Below, in pieces: positions 9,843 through 18,154 of a DNA stretch of 64,000 bases. Each line of letters starts with the position of its first letter. The first letter of the stretch is position 1. Source of the stretch: an uncultured Pseudomonadota bacterium. GTDB taxonomy: Bacteria; Myxococcota_A; UBA796; UBA9615. Where the stretch lies: assembly GCA_937891735.1 (NCBI GenBank), contig CALAGR010000207.1:8972-72971 (forward strand), read 5' to 3'. The translations under genes and the position numbers were made by a program. The notes beneath the pieces are model-generated. The model saw nothing but the letters and a program-made list of their open reading frames with translations. It was not told the origin of the DNA and did no database searches.

Positions 9843-11519
9843 GTGCGCTCAACCAACGTGATTCGCGGACTCGGCTTCGCCCTGGCTCTCGCCTCTGTAG
9901 GGGCGATGGCCGGCTGCTCCGAGACCGTCCTCATCTCCAACCCCGACTCCGCGCCCCCCACCCGGGTCGACGCGGTCATCGAGGTCACCTCGGAGAACCC
10001 CGACAACCCGCTCCTGGTCGACTTCGGTGAAGTCCCGGCGGGCGAGTTCCGGGAGCAGGAAGTCAACATCAAGAACATCGGCACCGACGTGCTGCAGCTC
10101 CAGGACTTCGTCCTGAGCAACACCGCGTCGTTCAGCCTCGTCAACCTCGGCGAGCTGGTGCCCCTGCTGACCCCGGACAGCTCGTGGGTCCTGCGCGTCA
10201 AGTACGAGCCCAGCCAGGATGAGACCATCCAGGCCACGCTCATCGTCGCCAGCAACGACCGCGAGAACCCCGAGGTTCCGGTGTCGCTGCGGGCCGAGGG
10301 CCTCGCCCCGGCCATCGACATCGATCCCGACAGCTTCGACTTCGGCAACCGCGAGCTCGGCTGCGTTGGCTCCCTGGACATCCAGATCGCCAACATCGGC
10401 CGCGCGGACCTGGTCATCAGCGACCTGACGTTCGACGATCTGTCGGGCAACGGCGAGATGGCGCTCGGGGCGGGCGTGACGCTGCCGCTGATCCTGTCCC
10501 CCAACGACGCCACCCTGGTTGAGGTGATCTACACGCCGACCGACGTGCAGCCGGACACGAGCACCCTCACGGTGCTCAGCAACGACCCGCTGCGCCCCTC
10601 GGCGACGGCCACGCAGTTCGGCATCGCCCACCTCGGCGAGTCCAACACCGACCAGTTCGCGCAGGACGGCAACAACGCCACCGACATCCTGTTCGTGGTG
10701 GACAACTCGTGCTCCATGGGCTGGGCGCAGAGCTCGCTGGCCGTCAACTTCGCCTCGTTCGTGCAGATCGTCGAAGCGCTGGACATGGACTACCAGATCG
10801 GCGTGACCACGACGGACGTCGGTGATCAGGGCCACCTCGAGGGCACGACCCGCATCGTGACGCCGAACACGCCGGACCCCGCGGGCGCCTTCGCGTCCAA
10901 CGTCAACCTCGGCGTCTCGGGCTCCGGCATCGAGAAGGGCCTGGACGGCGCCTACCTCGCCCTGTCCAGCCCGGCCATCGATCCCGGCGGCTACAACGAC
11001 GGCTTCATGCGGGACGAGGCGGGCCTGCGCATCATCTCCGTGTCCGACGAGCAGGAGCAGAGCACGCTGCTGTCCAACGGCGACCCGGGCGCGTACGTGA
11101 ACTACTTCCAGGGCCTCAAGACCAACCCCGACCACGTGATCCTGTCGGACATCACCGGCGGGCTGACGGGCTGCTCGGGCGGCAGCGGCAGCGCGTCGTC
11201 GGGCTCCGACTACGTGCAGGCCTCGGTCATGACCGGCGGCATCTCGGCCAGCATCTGCGACCCCAACTGGGTGAGCACCCTGTCCTCGCTGGCGTGGCTG
11301 TCGCAGTCCTTCGCCGACACGTTCGAGCTCAGCAAGACCCCGGTGCCCGAGACCATCGAGGTGCGGCTGTCCACGGACGGCATCAACTTCGTGCCGATCT
11401 ACGTCGGCTGGAGCTACGACTCGGCGCTCAACGCCCTCGTCTTCGACCTGGATCACATCCCGGACAACGGCGACATCATCGAGGCCGAGTACACCGTGCT
11501 CGGCGACTGCGAGGACTAG
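9843..11519 (+). CDS. lipoprotein with choice-of-anchor-D/ASH-like beta-sandwich repeats and a VWA domain
   Basis: The GTG at 9843 follows GGGAGG. Lipobox LASVGAMAGC. Repeated segments resemble FGEVPAGEFREQEVNIKNIGTDVLQL. MIDAS-like motif DILFVVDNSCS is present. Confidence 0.75.
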   Translation: MRSTNVIRGLGFALALASVGAMAGCSETVLISNPDSAPPTRVDAVIEVTSENPDNPLLVDFGEVPAGEFREQEVNIKNIGTDVLQLQDFVLSNTASFSLVNLGELVPLLTPDSSWVLRVKYEPSQDETIQATLIVASNDRENPEVPVSLRAEGLAPAIDIDPDSFDFGNRELGCVGSLDIQIANIGRADLVISDLTFDDLSGNGEMALGAGVTLPLILSPNDATLVEVIYTPTDVQPDTSTLTVLSNDPLRPSATATQFGIAHLGESNTDQFAQDGNNATDILFVVDNSCSMGWAQSSLAVNFASFVQIVEALDMDYQIGVTTTDVGDQGHLEGTTRIVTPNTPDPAGAFASNVNLGVSGSGIEKGLDGAYLALSSPAIDPGGYNDGFMRDEAGLRIISVSDEQEQSTLLSNGDPGAYVNYFQGLKTNPDHVILSDITGGLTGCSGGSGSASSGSDYVQASVMTGGISASICDPNWVSTLSSLAWLSQSFADTFELSKTPVPETIEVRLSTDGINFVPIYVGWSYDSALNALVFDLDHIPDNGDIIEAEYTVLGDCED

Positions 11520-11661
11520 TTCCCGTCCGGGAACGCCCGATCCACCCGATCTCTGCGTCGAACTTCGGGCCAGCTTCGTGCGGCGTACATGAGTACGCCT
11601 CCTCGCAGTCCCTCGTTCTCCTTGACCTCGGGCGCCTCTGACGCCCCCGACCTGGGAACTA
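11517..11661. repeat. copy A of a ~141-nt intergenic element with terminal inverted repeats (MITE-like or structured RNA)
   Basis: The core GTTCCCG...GGGAAC is flanked by TA on both sides. A 126-nt stretch (11535-11660) aligns to 63578-63703 with 9 substitutions and 2 one-nt indels (manual alignment). It begins at the stop TAG of the upstream gene. Confidence 0.75.
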
Positions 11662-11767
11662 CCCCTCCCGCTCATCCGGGGTGCCGGCTGAGAGGGAGGA
11701 CTAGAGCCTCGCGGGGAGACGACCTCTCAGCGATGCGGCCTCGGTCTTCGGACCGGGGCCGTTTCGC

Positions 11768-12025
11768 TTGGTGAACCCAATGCCGATTACCGAGATCGTT
11801 CGTGTGCTCGCTCGCTCCACGACGTCCGATGGCCGGACGCTGGAGCTGCTGTACGACGTGGACGGCAGCTGCAAGGCCGACGAGCAGACGGTCGGGTGGC
11901 CGCGCTTCTGGATCCGCGAGTGGCGCGGCGGCGCCTTGCTGGACATCCACGGGCCGTGCGACGACGAGGACGAGGCGCTGGAACGCGCAGCGGGCATGGG
12001 CGCGGGGTCCTGGCAGACCGATTGA
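11768..12025 (+). CDS. small hypothetical protein (85 aa; alternative ATG at 11780)
   Basis: The ORF has GC3 typical of coding sequence in this window. I recognise no family and see no clear RBS. Confidence 0.45.
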   Translation: MVNPMPITEIVRVLARSTTSDGRTLELLYDVDGSCKADEQTVGWPRFWIREWRGGALLDIHGPCDDEDEALERAAGMGAGSWQTD

Positions 12026-12028
12026 GCG

Positions 12029-13795
12029 CTACCCGCCGGCGGCGGCCATCCGCGCGATCCGGTCCAGCGTGGGCGACCGCTCCGGCCAGCGGGAGCGCAT
12101 GTGGTCCAGGACCTCCCGCGCCCGCCCCAGCTGCTGCCGATGAAGGAACACATCGAACGCCAGGGCCACGTGGGGCAGCGAGTCCGGCTCCAGCAGCAGC
12201 AGGCGGTCCGCCATCTGCTCCCGGTCCGAGGCCAGGGCCCGTCCCTCTCCGAGGTGCAGCTCCGTCCACAGGCGCCAGTACAGCAGCTCCGCCGCGTCCG
12301 GCTCCAGCACCTCGAGCTCCGCGAGCAGCTGCTCCGCCTCCTCCCGTCGCCCCAGGCGAGCGAACTCCGCGGCGAGCACCAGGGCCGCCCCCCGGTCGCT
12401 GGAGACCTCGGCCGGAGCGTGGGCCTGGGCCCGCAGCAGCGAGGTCGGCGCGCTGAGCTCCAGGGACTCGATGATCGCCTGACGGACCCGGTGGTACGTC
12501 CGCCAGTGCTCCATCGGGTGCACGAACTGGATCGTCGTGACGTGCACGCCCCGCACGCAGCCCAGGTTCAGGGCCCGGAGCGGCCGGCCGTCCACCACCA
12601 GATCCATCTCCAGGGTGAAGCATCGGCGCAGCGCAGGTGGCAGGCGCGGAGTCAGCGCCATCCGCCTCGGGAGCACGATGGCCCCGGATCGCTCGAGCTC
12701 TGCGACCCACACCGCTTCGACCTCGGGCCGGGAGGCGGGCTCCTGCTCCTCCATCCACGCCGTCGTGGTCATGCGCGCGGCGCCGGTGTGCGAACGCCAG
12801 CTGGGCGCGCCGTCTGCTTCCTGCAGATCCCAGGTGCGCGGCGGGTGGATCGCGTAGCCCGCCTGGGGGAACACCGAGGCCTCCGGCGCCAGGCGGACCG
12901 TGCCGATCAGGCCCAGCTCCGAGGCCGCCGGCATCGCCACCGTCACCCCCAGAACGATGGCCATCGCCGCCAGAGCACGCCCCCACCGGGCCTGGAACAT
13001 GTCGGCCGACTCGACGTGCACCGACGGCAGCATCAGGCCCAGCGCCGCGCCCACCGCCAGCCCCCCCAGGTGGCAGAAGTTGTCCACGAACTCGGACCAG
13101 ATCGCGCCGAACACCAGGAAGTAGACGATGAAGGGGAACACGGACCAGCCGAACCGCTTGCGGGCGAGGTCGGGCATCCAGGGGCCGTACCGCCACCCCA
13201 GGGCCAGCGCCGCTCCGAACAGGCCGAAGGTGATCCCCGACGCGCCGACGGTGGGCAGGGGCGTGGCGACGCTCGACACGATCATCGATCCCACCGCCGA
13301 GGCCACGATCACCAGCAGCGTGCCCGTGCGTCCCAGCACGGACTCCACGTTCCAACCGACGTACAGCACGTACAGCACGTTGGGGATGATGTGCGACCAG
13401 CCCGCGTGCAGCAGGGACGCGGTCAGCAGCCGCCACCATTGGCCCAGCTCCACCTGGTGGGGGAGGGACTTGGCGCCGTGTCGCACGAGCACCGCGCCCG
13501 ACAGCTGCTCGCCCGGCGCGAGCTGCCACGCGTACACCGCCAGCAGCAGCGCGACCGTGGCGATGGTGACCCAGGCCGGACGGCGGAAGTGGAAGCTCGC
13601 CTCGAACCGGCCCTGCTCGTCGTCGATCAGATCCGCGAAGACCTCCAGGGAGCTCGCCGCCGCGAAGCCGTTGCCCGTGGCCGGACCGAACCGCACCAGC
13701 GTGTCCCGACCCACCGCGCCGGCACGAACGGCGTCCTCGAAGTCCTCGAAGGAGAGCGTCTCGATGGACCCGTCGGGGCGGCGGATCTCGACCAA
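12029..13795 (-). CDS. rhomboid-family intramembrane serine protease with a long C-terminal soluble/TPR-like extension
   Basis: Rhomboid motifs LLHAGWSHI, GASGITFG (catalytic Ser) and CHLGGLAVG (catalytic His) are present. The TTG start at 13795 follows GAGGA. Confidence 0.85.
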   Translation of the reverse strand: MVEIRRPDGSIETLSFEDFEDAVRAGAVGRDTLVRFGPATGNGFAAASSLEVFADLIDDEQGRFEASFHFRRPAWVTIATVALLLAVYAWQLAPGEQLSGAVLVRHGAKSLPHQVELGQWWRLLTASLLHAGWSHIIPNVLYVLYVGWNVESVLGRTGTLLVIVASAVGSMIVSSVATPLPTVGASGITFGLFGAALALGWRYGPWMPDLARKRFGWSVFPFIVYFLVFGAIWSEFVDNFCHLGGLAVGAALGLMLPSVHVESADMFQARWGRALAAMAIVLGVTVAMPAASELGLIGTVRLAPEASVFPQAGYAIHPPRTWDLQEADGAPSWRSHTGAARMTTTAWMEEQEPASRPEVEAVWVAELERSGAIVLPRRMALTPRLPPALRRCFTLEMDLVVDGRPLRALNLGCVRGVHVTTIQFVHPMEHWRTYHRVRQAIIESLELSAPTSLLRAQAHAPAEVSSDRGAALVLAAEFARLGRREEAEQLLAELEVLEPDAAELLYWRLWTELHLGEGRALASDREQMADRLLLLEPDSLPHVALAFDVFLHRQQLGRAREVLDHMRSRWPERSPTLDRIARMAAAGG

Positions 13796-13802
13796 GAGGT
13801 CC

Positions 13803-15554
13803 TCAGGCGTCCAACCGTCGGAGGAACTCGCCGGGTCCCGCTCCGGGCAGGCCGGGCAGGCCTGGCGTGCGGTTGTCGCCTCCGAGCGGGCCGATCAGGG
13901 CCGTGGCGAGGCGCTCGTGGGCCCCTGCTCGGGCCGGGGCGTGCTGGTCCAACGCCGACCGCAGCTTGTGGTGCACCACGGCGCGGGTCTGTGCGGCGGG
14001 TCGGCCCGGGGCGCCCTGGGCCAGCGCCACCTCCGCCTCGCGCACGCGTCCGCCGTGCAGCAGGACCCGGATCCGCGCGGGGATCGGGAAGGTCAGGGCG
14101 GATAGATCATGGTCGGACAGGTCGGGGCCCCGTCGCTTCGCGGTGGACTCCACCGTGGGTCCGAGGAGGCGGTGCAGCCCCCGCGCGGCGAGGTCGGACA
14201 GCCGGCCGATGCCGCGACTGAGCAGCTCCGAGGGGTCTTCGCCGTCGAGCTCCTGGAACCGCTCGCCGGCCAGCGCCATGGGAAGCTCGGCGAGGGACAG
14301 GCCCGTCTGCAGGCCCCCCGCGGCGCGGCCCGCGGCAGCCAGGAGCGGCACGGGACCGACGCCAGCCACCAGGCGGTCGATGCCCACGCCGGTCTTGAGC
14401 GCGTGCCACGTCTTCAGGGTCAGGCGCCAGTCGTGGTGCAGCCGGATCCGCGTGGCGAGCTCTGCGAGATCCTCGCCGTGCTCCTGCACCGAGGCCCGAC
14501 TCAGCTCCCGGGAGCCCACCCGGCCCGCGAGCAGGCGCATCGCCAGCGACCGCGCCACCGAGAAGTTGATCGACACCGGGGTCAGGGGCGCGTCGGCCCC
14601 CAGCAGGCGCTCCATGGCCATGGTGAGCAGACCCGCGTCCACGTCGATGCGCAGGACGTCCTCGGCCCGCAGCTCCCGGCCCTCCTCGTGCAGGAAGTCC
14701 TCGGCGACCTGGTCCAGCGCCTCCAGGGCGGTGCCGAGGTAGGCGCAGCCAGGGTGCGCCTTGATCGCCAGGGACCAGGTGAGCCAGGCCGTCTTTGCAG
14801 GATCCTGGGCGGGCAAGCCGGTGAGCCAGCCCCGCAGGGGCCGCCCCTGGGCGAAGACCGCGAGGAAGTCCGAGTCGCCGTCGAGCAGGCCCAGCGGACC
14901 CTCCATGCCCGCCTCGGCGAGCTGGGCCATGCGCCATCCGTCCAGGAGCGGGCGGGCCGCCGTCAGGACCTTGCCCCCGCTTCCGAACAGCCCCCAGTCC
15001 ACATGCGGGGCCTGCCCCAGGGCCAGGGCGATGGCGTGCGCGAGGCGCCCGGCGTCCAGCCCGCGCAGCAGCCCGTGCACGAGGGCGCCGCCGACGGAGT
15101 GCAGGAAGGACCACGCCTGTCCGTTCTGCCGACCCGCGAGGCACAGGCCCCCGAGCCGCGCCATCACCTCGTTGGCGGCCAGCTGGGCGCGCAGGGCGTC
15201 GTCCCAGCCGAGCCCCGCCTCCGCCGCGCCGAGCCACGCGGCCCACACCGCGCTGTGGCCGGTGTGCCCGCAGAGCATCCAGTCGTCGTAGTCGTGGGCC
15301 ATCGACAGCGTGGATCCGGCGAGCAGGGCGCCTTCCAGGCACAGCCCCGACAGGCCCGGCGCCACGACGTGATCGCCGGAGCCGAGCCCCCGCGCCAGCT
15401 CCAGGACCGGGCCCACGTCGTCGCTGTCCAGCCCCGCCGCGGCGGCGCCGAGCACCGAGGCGGCCTGCCAGCGCAGTCGCTCCTGCACGCCTGCGGGCGC
15501 ATGGTCCAGCGACAGGGCGCACGCCCACTCGGCCAGGTCGGAGATCGTGCTCAC
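13803..15554 (-). CDS. MmgE/PrpD-family protein
   Basis: The N-terminal region (DLAEWACALSLDHAPAGVQERLRWQAASVLGAAAAG...MAHDYDD...GHTGHSAV) resembles 2-methylcitrate dehydratase-family proteins. The GTG start overlaps the upstream stop (GTGA at 15551-15554). Confidence 0.75.
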   Translation of the reverse strand: MSTISDLAEWACALSLDHAPAGVQERLRWQAASVLGAAAAGLDSDDVGPVLELARGLGSGDHVVAPGLSGLCLEGALLAGSTLSMAHDYDDWMLCGHTGHSAVWAAWLGAAEAGLGWDDALRAQLAANEVMARLGGLCLAGRQNGQAWSFLHSVGGALVHGLLRGLDAGRLAHAIALALGQAPHVDWGLFGSGGKVLTAARPLLDGWRMAQLAEAGMEGPLGLLDGDSDFLAVFAQGRPLRGWLTGLPAQDPAKTAWLTWSLAIKAHPGCAYLGTALEALDQVAEDFLHEEGRELRAEDVLRIDVDAGLLTMAMERLLGADAPLTPVSINFSVARSLAMRLLAGRVGSRELSRASVQEHGEDLAELATRIRLHHDWRLTLKTWHALKTGVGIDRLVAGVGPVPLLAAAGRAAGGLQTGLSLAELPMALAGERFQELDGEDPSELLSRGIGRLSDLAARGLHRLLGPTVESTAKRRGPDLSDHDLSALTFPIPARIRVLLHGGRVREAEVALAQGAPGRPAAQTRAVVHHKLRSALDQHAPARAGAHERLATALIGPLGGDNRTPGLPGLPGAGPGEFLRRLDA

Positions 15555-16813
15555 GAGGTCCAGGTCTCCCAACGCGGCTGGCCCTGTACCCAGCTCCGCT
15601 CCGCCTGCACGGTCACGAAGGTGCGCTCGGGCCACCGCACCGCGCACAAGGCGCCGCCGAACACGGCGCCCATGTCGATGTCCACGGTGTTCATGCGCCA
15701 CTCGGCGCGGCGCACAGGCACGTGCCCGTGCACCACGGCCGGACGCCCAGAATAGTCCGCGGCCCAGTCGAGTCGCTCCGGGAACCCCTCGATCTCCCGC
15801 CCCGTGGTCTTCCCGTAGAGGCAGAAGGCCCGCACGGCGGCCCCGATCCGGCCGTGGTCCGGCTCCTCCAGCCCGGCGTGGCTCACAAGCAGGTCGCCGC
15901 CGTCCAGCCACAGGTAGGGGGCCGCGCCCTGCATGAGGCGGTCGAATCGGGCCCGCAGCTCGCGATCCTCGCCCTCGGTCAGCGCGTTCCACTCCGCGAC
16001 CGTGGTGGCCAGCCCGCCGGACAGGGACACGCCGCGTCCCTGGAGCCAGCGCCACAGCTTGTCGTCGTGGTTGCCCGGCACGAACAGGGCCCGCCCGTCC
16101 TCGAGCCACGGCAGGACCCGCCGCAGCACCCCCACCGAGCTCGGGCCCCGGTCCACGAGGTCCCCCAGGAAGATCAGCCGGCGCCCCTGCGGGTGGCGGC
16201 CGTCTTCGTAGCCCAGCTCGGTCACCAGGGCGTCGAGCTCGGTCAGGCAGCCATGCACGTCGCCGACGATGTCGAACGGGCCGCGCTCCTCGAGGCGCAG
16301 GGGCGCCAGGGGCTTGCGGTGCACCTGCACGTCGTCGAGCGAGGCGGTCTCCAGGCGATGCACCCCGTCCCAGCGTTCGCCCGACAGGTCCGCCTCCAGG
16401 GCTGCGGCCAGCTCGCGGTGCCGCAGCAGCACGCCGTGAGGCACGCGGCGCGCTCGGGCTTCGTTCCGGCTGCGCAGCGTCTGCTCGTTCGCGTTGAAGA
16501 TGAGCAGGTGCGCCGGAAGCCGGGCGGCGCGCGCGATGCGGCGCAGGGGGGCGCGGGCCTTCGGCTCCAGGTTCGTCGCGTCCACCACCGTGAGCCGTCC
16601 GTGCCCCAGTCGCGCCTCCACGATCTGGTGCAGCAGCGCGAAGGTCTGCTCATTGATGCCCTGGTTGTCCGGGTCGTCGCACAGCCACCCGCGCAGCGTG
16701 TCGGACGACACGATCTCGGTGGGCGCGAAGCGGGACGCCGCGAACGTCGACTTGCCGCTGGCGGCAGGGCCGCACAGGACGATCAGGCAGGGATCTGGGA
16801 GCTCGAGCTGCAC
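15551..16813 (-). CDS. P-loop kinase fused to a PrpE/lambda-type metallophosphoesterase (Pnkp-like kinase-phosphatase without a ligase domain)
   Basis: N-terminal Walker A CGPAASGKST. Phosphoesterase motifs GDVHGC, GDLVDRGP, GNHDDKL, SHAG and GHVP are present. Length 420 aa, GTG start. Confidence 0.8.
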   Translation of the reverse strand: MQLELPDPCLIVLCGPAASGKSTFAASRFAPTEIVSSDTLRGWLCDDPDNQGINEQTFALLHQIVEARLGHGRLTVVDATNLEPKARAPLRRIARAARLPAHLLIFNANEQTLRSRNEARARRVPHGVLLRHRELAAALEADLSGERWDGVHRLETASLDDVQVHRKPLAPLRLEERGPFDIVGDVHGCLTELDALVTELGYEDGRHPQGRRLIFLGDLVDRGPSSVGVLRRVLPWLEDGRALFVPGNHDDKLWRWLQGRGVSLSGGLATTVAEWNALTEGEDRELRARFDRLMQGAAPYLWLDGGDLLVSHAGLEEPDHGRIGAAVRAFCLYGKTTGREIEGFPERLDWAADYSGRPAVVHGHVPVRRAEWRMNTVDIDMGAVFGGALCAVRWPERTFVTVQAERSWVQGQPRWETWTS

Positions 16814-16865
16814 GGGACCGAGTGTCTAGCAGCGATCCCGGGCCAACACGACAGGGATGGACGCC

Positions 16866-18131
16866 TCAGCCTGGCGCAGAGGCGCCGAGGGCGGCTTGCA
16901 CGCCGGGCTCGCCGAGCGCCGCCACCCCGGCGAAGCGCGGCAGCTCCCGGGCCAGGGCGTCCCGGATCTCCTGGCTGTCGTGCGCGGCCAGCCCGCTCGC
17001 GACGTCCGTGTCCACGTGGGCGAGGACCCTGACGGCGACCTCCCAGCCCGCGGCGGCGCCGGGGATCCCGTGGCCGAGCACCTGGGGAGAGAACCTCACC
17101 GTGCCGTCGTCCGCCACGAAGCTGGAGCCGCCCACGTGCTCGGTGGGCAGCTCGGTGGGCAGGAGCAGCACCGCCTCGCCCGCCGCGCGCAGCATCGCGG
17201 GCTCCAGGAACGCGGCCTGGTGGGCCCGGAAGCCCGCCGCGGGCACCGGGGAGGCGCCGAGCTCGCCGACGATCCAGACCGCCGAGAGGCGATCCAGCGC
17301 GGCGGCGGTGGGGGCCTCCTCGGCCAGCTCCAGCCCCACCTCCAACGCCGCCAGCACTCCGGGCTGCCCGTACACCAGGGTGTGCCGCACGTCGGTGGGC
17401 CAGTCCTGCTCCGGATCGGCTCGGAGCGCGAGCACGCCCCGGTGTCGCAGCGCGCGGATCGTGTCGTCGAGCAGCGGATGCCTGCCGATCTGCAGGACCG
17501 CCACCGGATCTCCCGTGCCCAGCTGGGTGAGCGGCGCGGTGCTGCCCCATCCGCCCAGCCGCTGGCGGGCCCGATGCCGGAGGCGCCGCTCCTCCGCGGA
17601 CACGATCAGGTCCACCACCGGCGGGAGTCCGAGCCCCGCCCGGTCCACCGCCCGCCGCTCCAGCGCGCCGACGGTCCGCCGGAGCTGGTACAGCGTCTCC
17701 AGATCGACGTCGCTGGGATCCACCAGCAGCGACCAAGCCGATCCTTCCCGGCTGTCCCGCAGGCGCGACTCGAGCAGGTGCGTCGCGTCGGTCCACTCCA
17801 GCGGCTGGAAGCCTCTCGTCCCGGCCCGCCAGATCGCCGGTGTGCCGAGTCGGCCCAGATCGCGCAGCGCAGCACGGTCCAGGCGCTGCAGGGCCGCGGC
17901 GTCGGCGAGGCGCGCCGGATCCAGGGCGTCGGCGGTGACCCGGGGCAGGCGCCGCAGACGCCGGTCGCACAGGTGGTTGCCGGGGATCGTGCCGTCCCGC
18001 AGGCCGGACGCTCCGAGGCTGCAGTCGTTGCAGACCCCGTGTCGCAGCACGTCCCATGCGAAGCGCAGCCGCGCCCGGTTGGTCCAGAGCGCGCCCAGGG
18101 CAGGCGCTACGAGTCGGTCCGGGCGTGACAC
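16866..18131 (-). CDS. short, divergent molybdopterin-oxidoreductase (FdhF/YdeP-like, MopB superfamily) protein
   Basis: Balanced composition and high GC3, unlike the mirror plus-strand ORF. The segment order resembles YdeP-type enzymes (GVCNDC..., LEWTDATHLL, LLLPTELPTEHVGG, EIRDALARELPRF), but the protein is only 421 aa. This call is from memory only. Confidence 0.45.
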   Translation of the reverse strand: MSRPDRLVAPALGALWTNRARLRFAWDVLRHGVCNDCSLGASGLRDGTIPGNHLCDRRLRRLPRVTADALDPARLADAAALQRLDRAALRDLGRLGTPAIWRAGTRGFQPLEWTDATHLLESRLRDSREGSAWSLLVDPSDVDLETLYQLRRTVGALERRAVDRAGLGLPPVVDLIVSAEERRLRHRARQRLGGWGSTAPLTQLGTGDPVAVLQIGRHPLLDDTIRALRHRGVLALRADPEQDWPTDVRHTLVYGQPGVLAALEVGLELAEEAPTAAALDRLSAVWIVGELGASPVPAAGFRAHQAAFLEPAMLRAAGEAVLLLPTELPTEHVGGSSFVADDGTVRFSPQVLGHGIPGAAAGWEVAVRVLAHVDTDVASGLAAHDSQEIRDALARELPRFAGVAALGEPGVQAALGASAPG

Positions 18132-18154
18132 GCGCCGATGCTATATCGCCGGGG

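Noticed and set aside
11517-11591. A small minus-strand ORF lies inside repeat copy A (GGAGG, 7 nt, then ATG; MYAARSWPEVRRRDRVDRAFPDGN).
   Set aside because: In copy B the ATG is TTG, the stop is not conserved and the reading frame runs into the neighbouring gene. Substitutions between the copies are not biased to third codon positions. I therefore treat it as non-coding.
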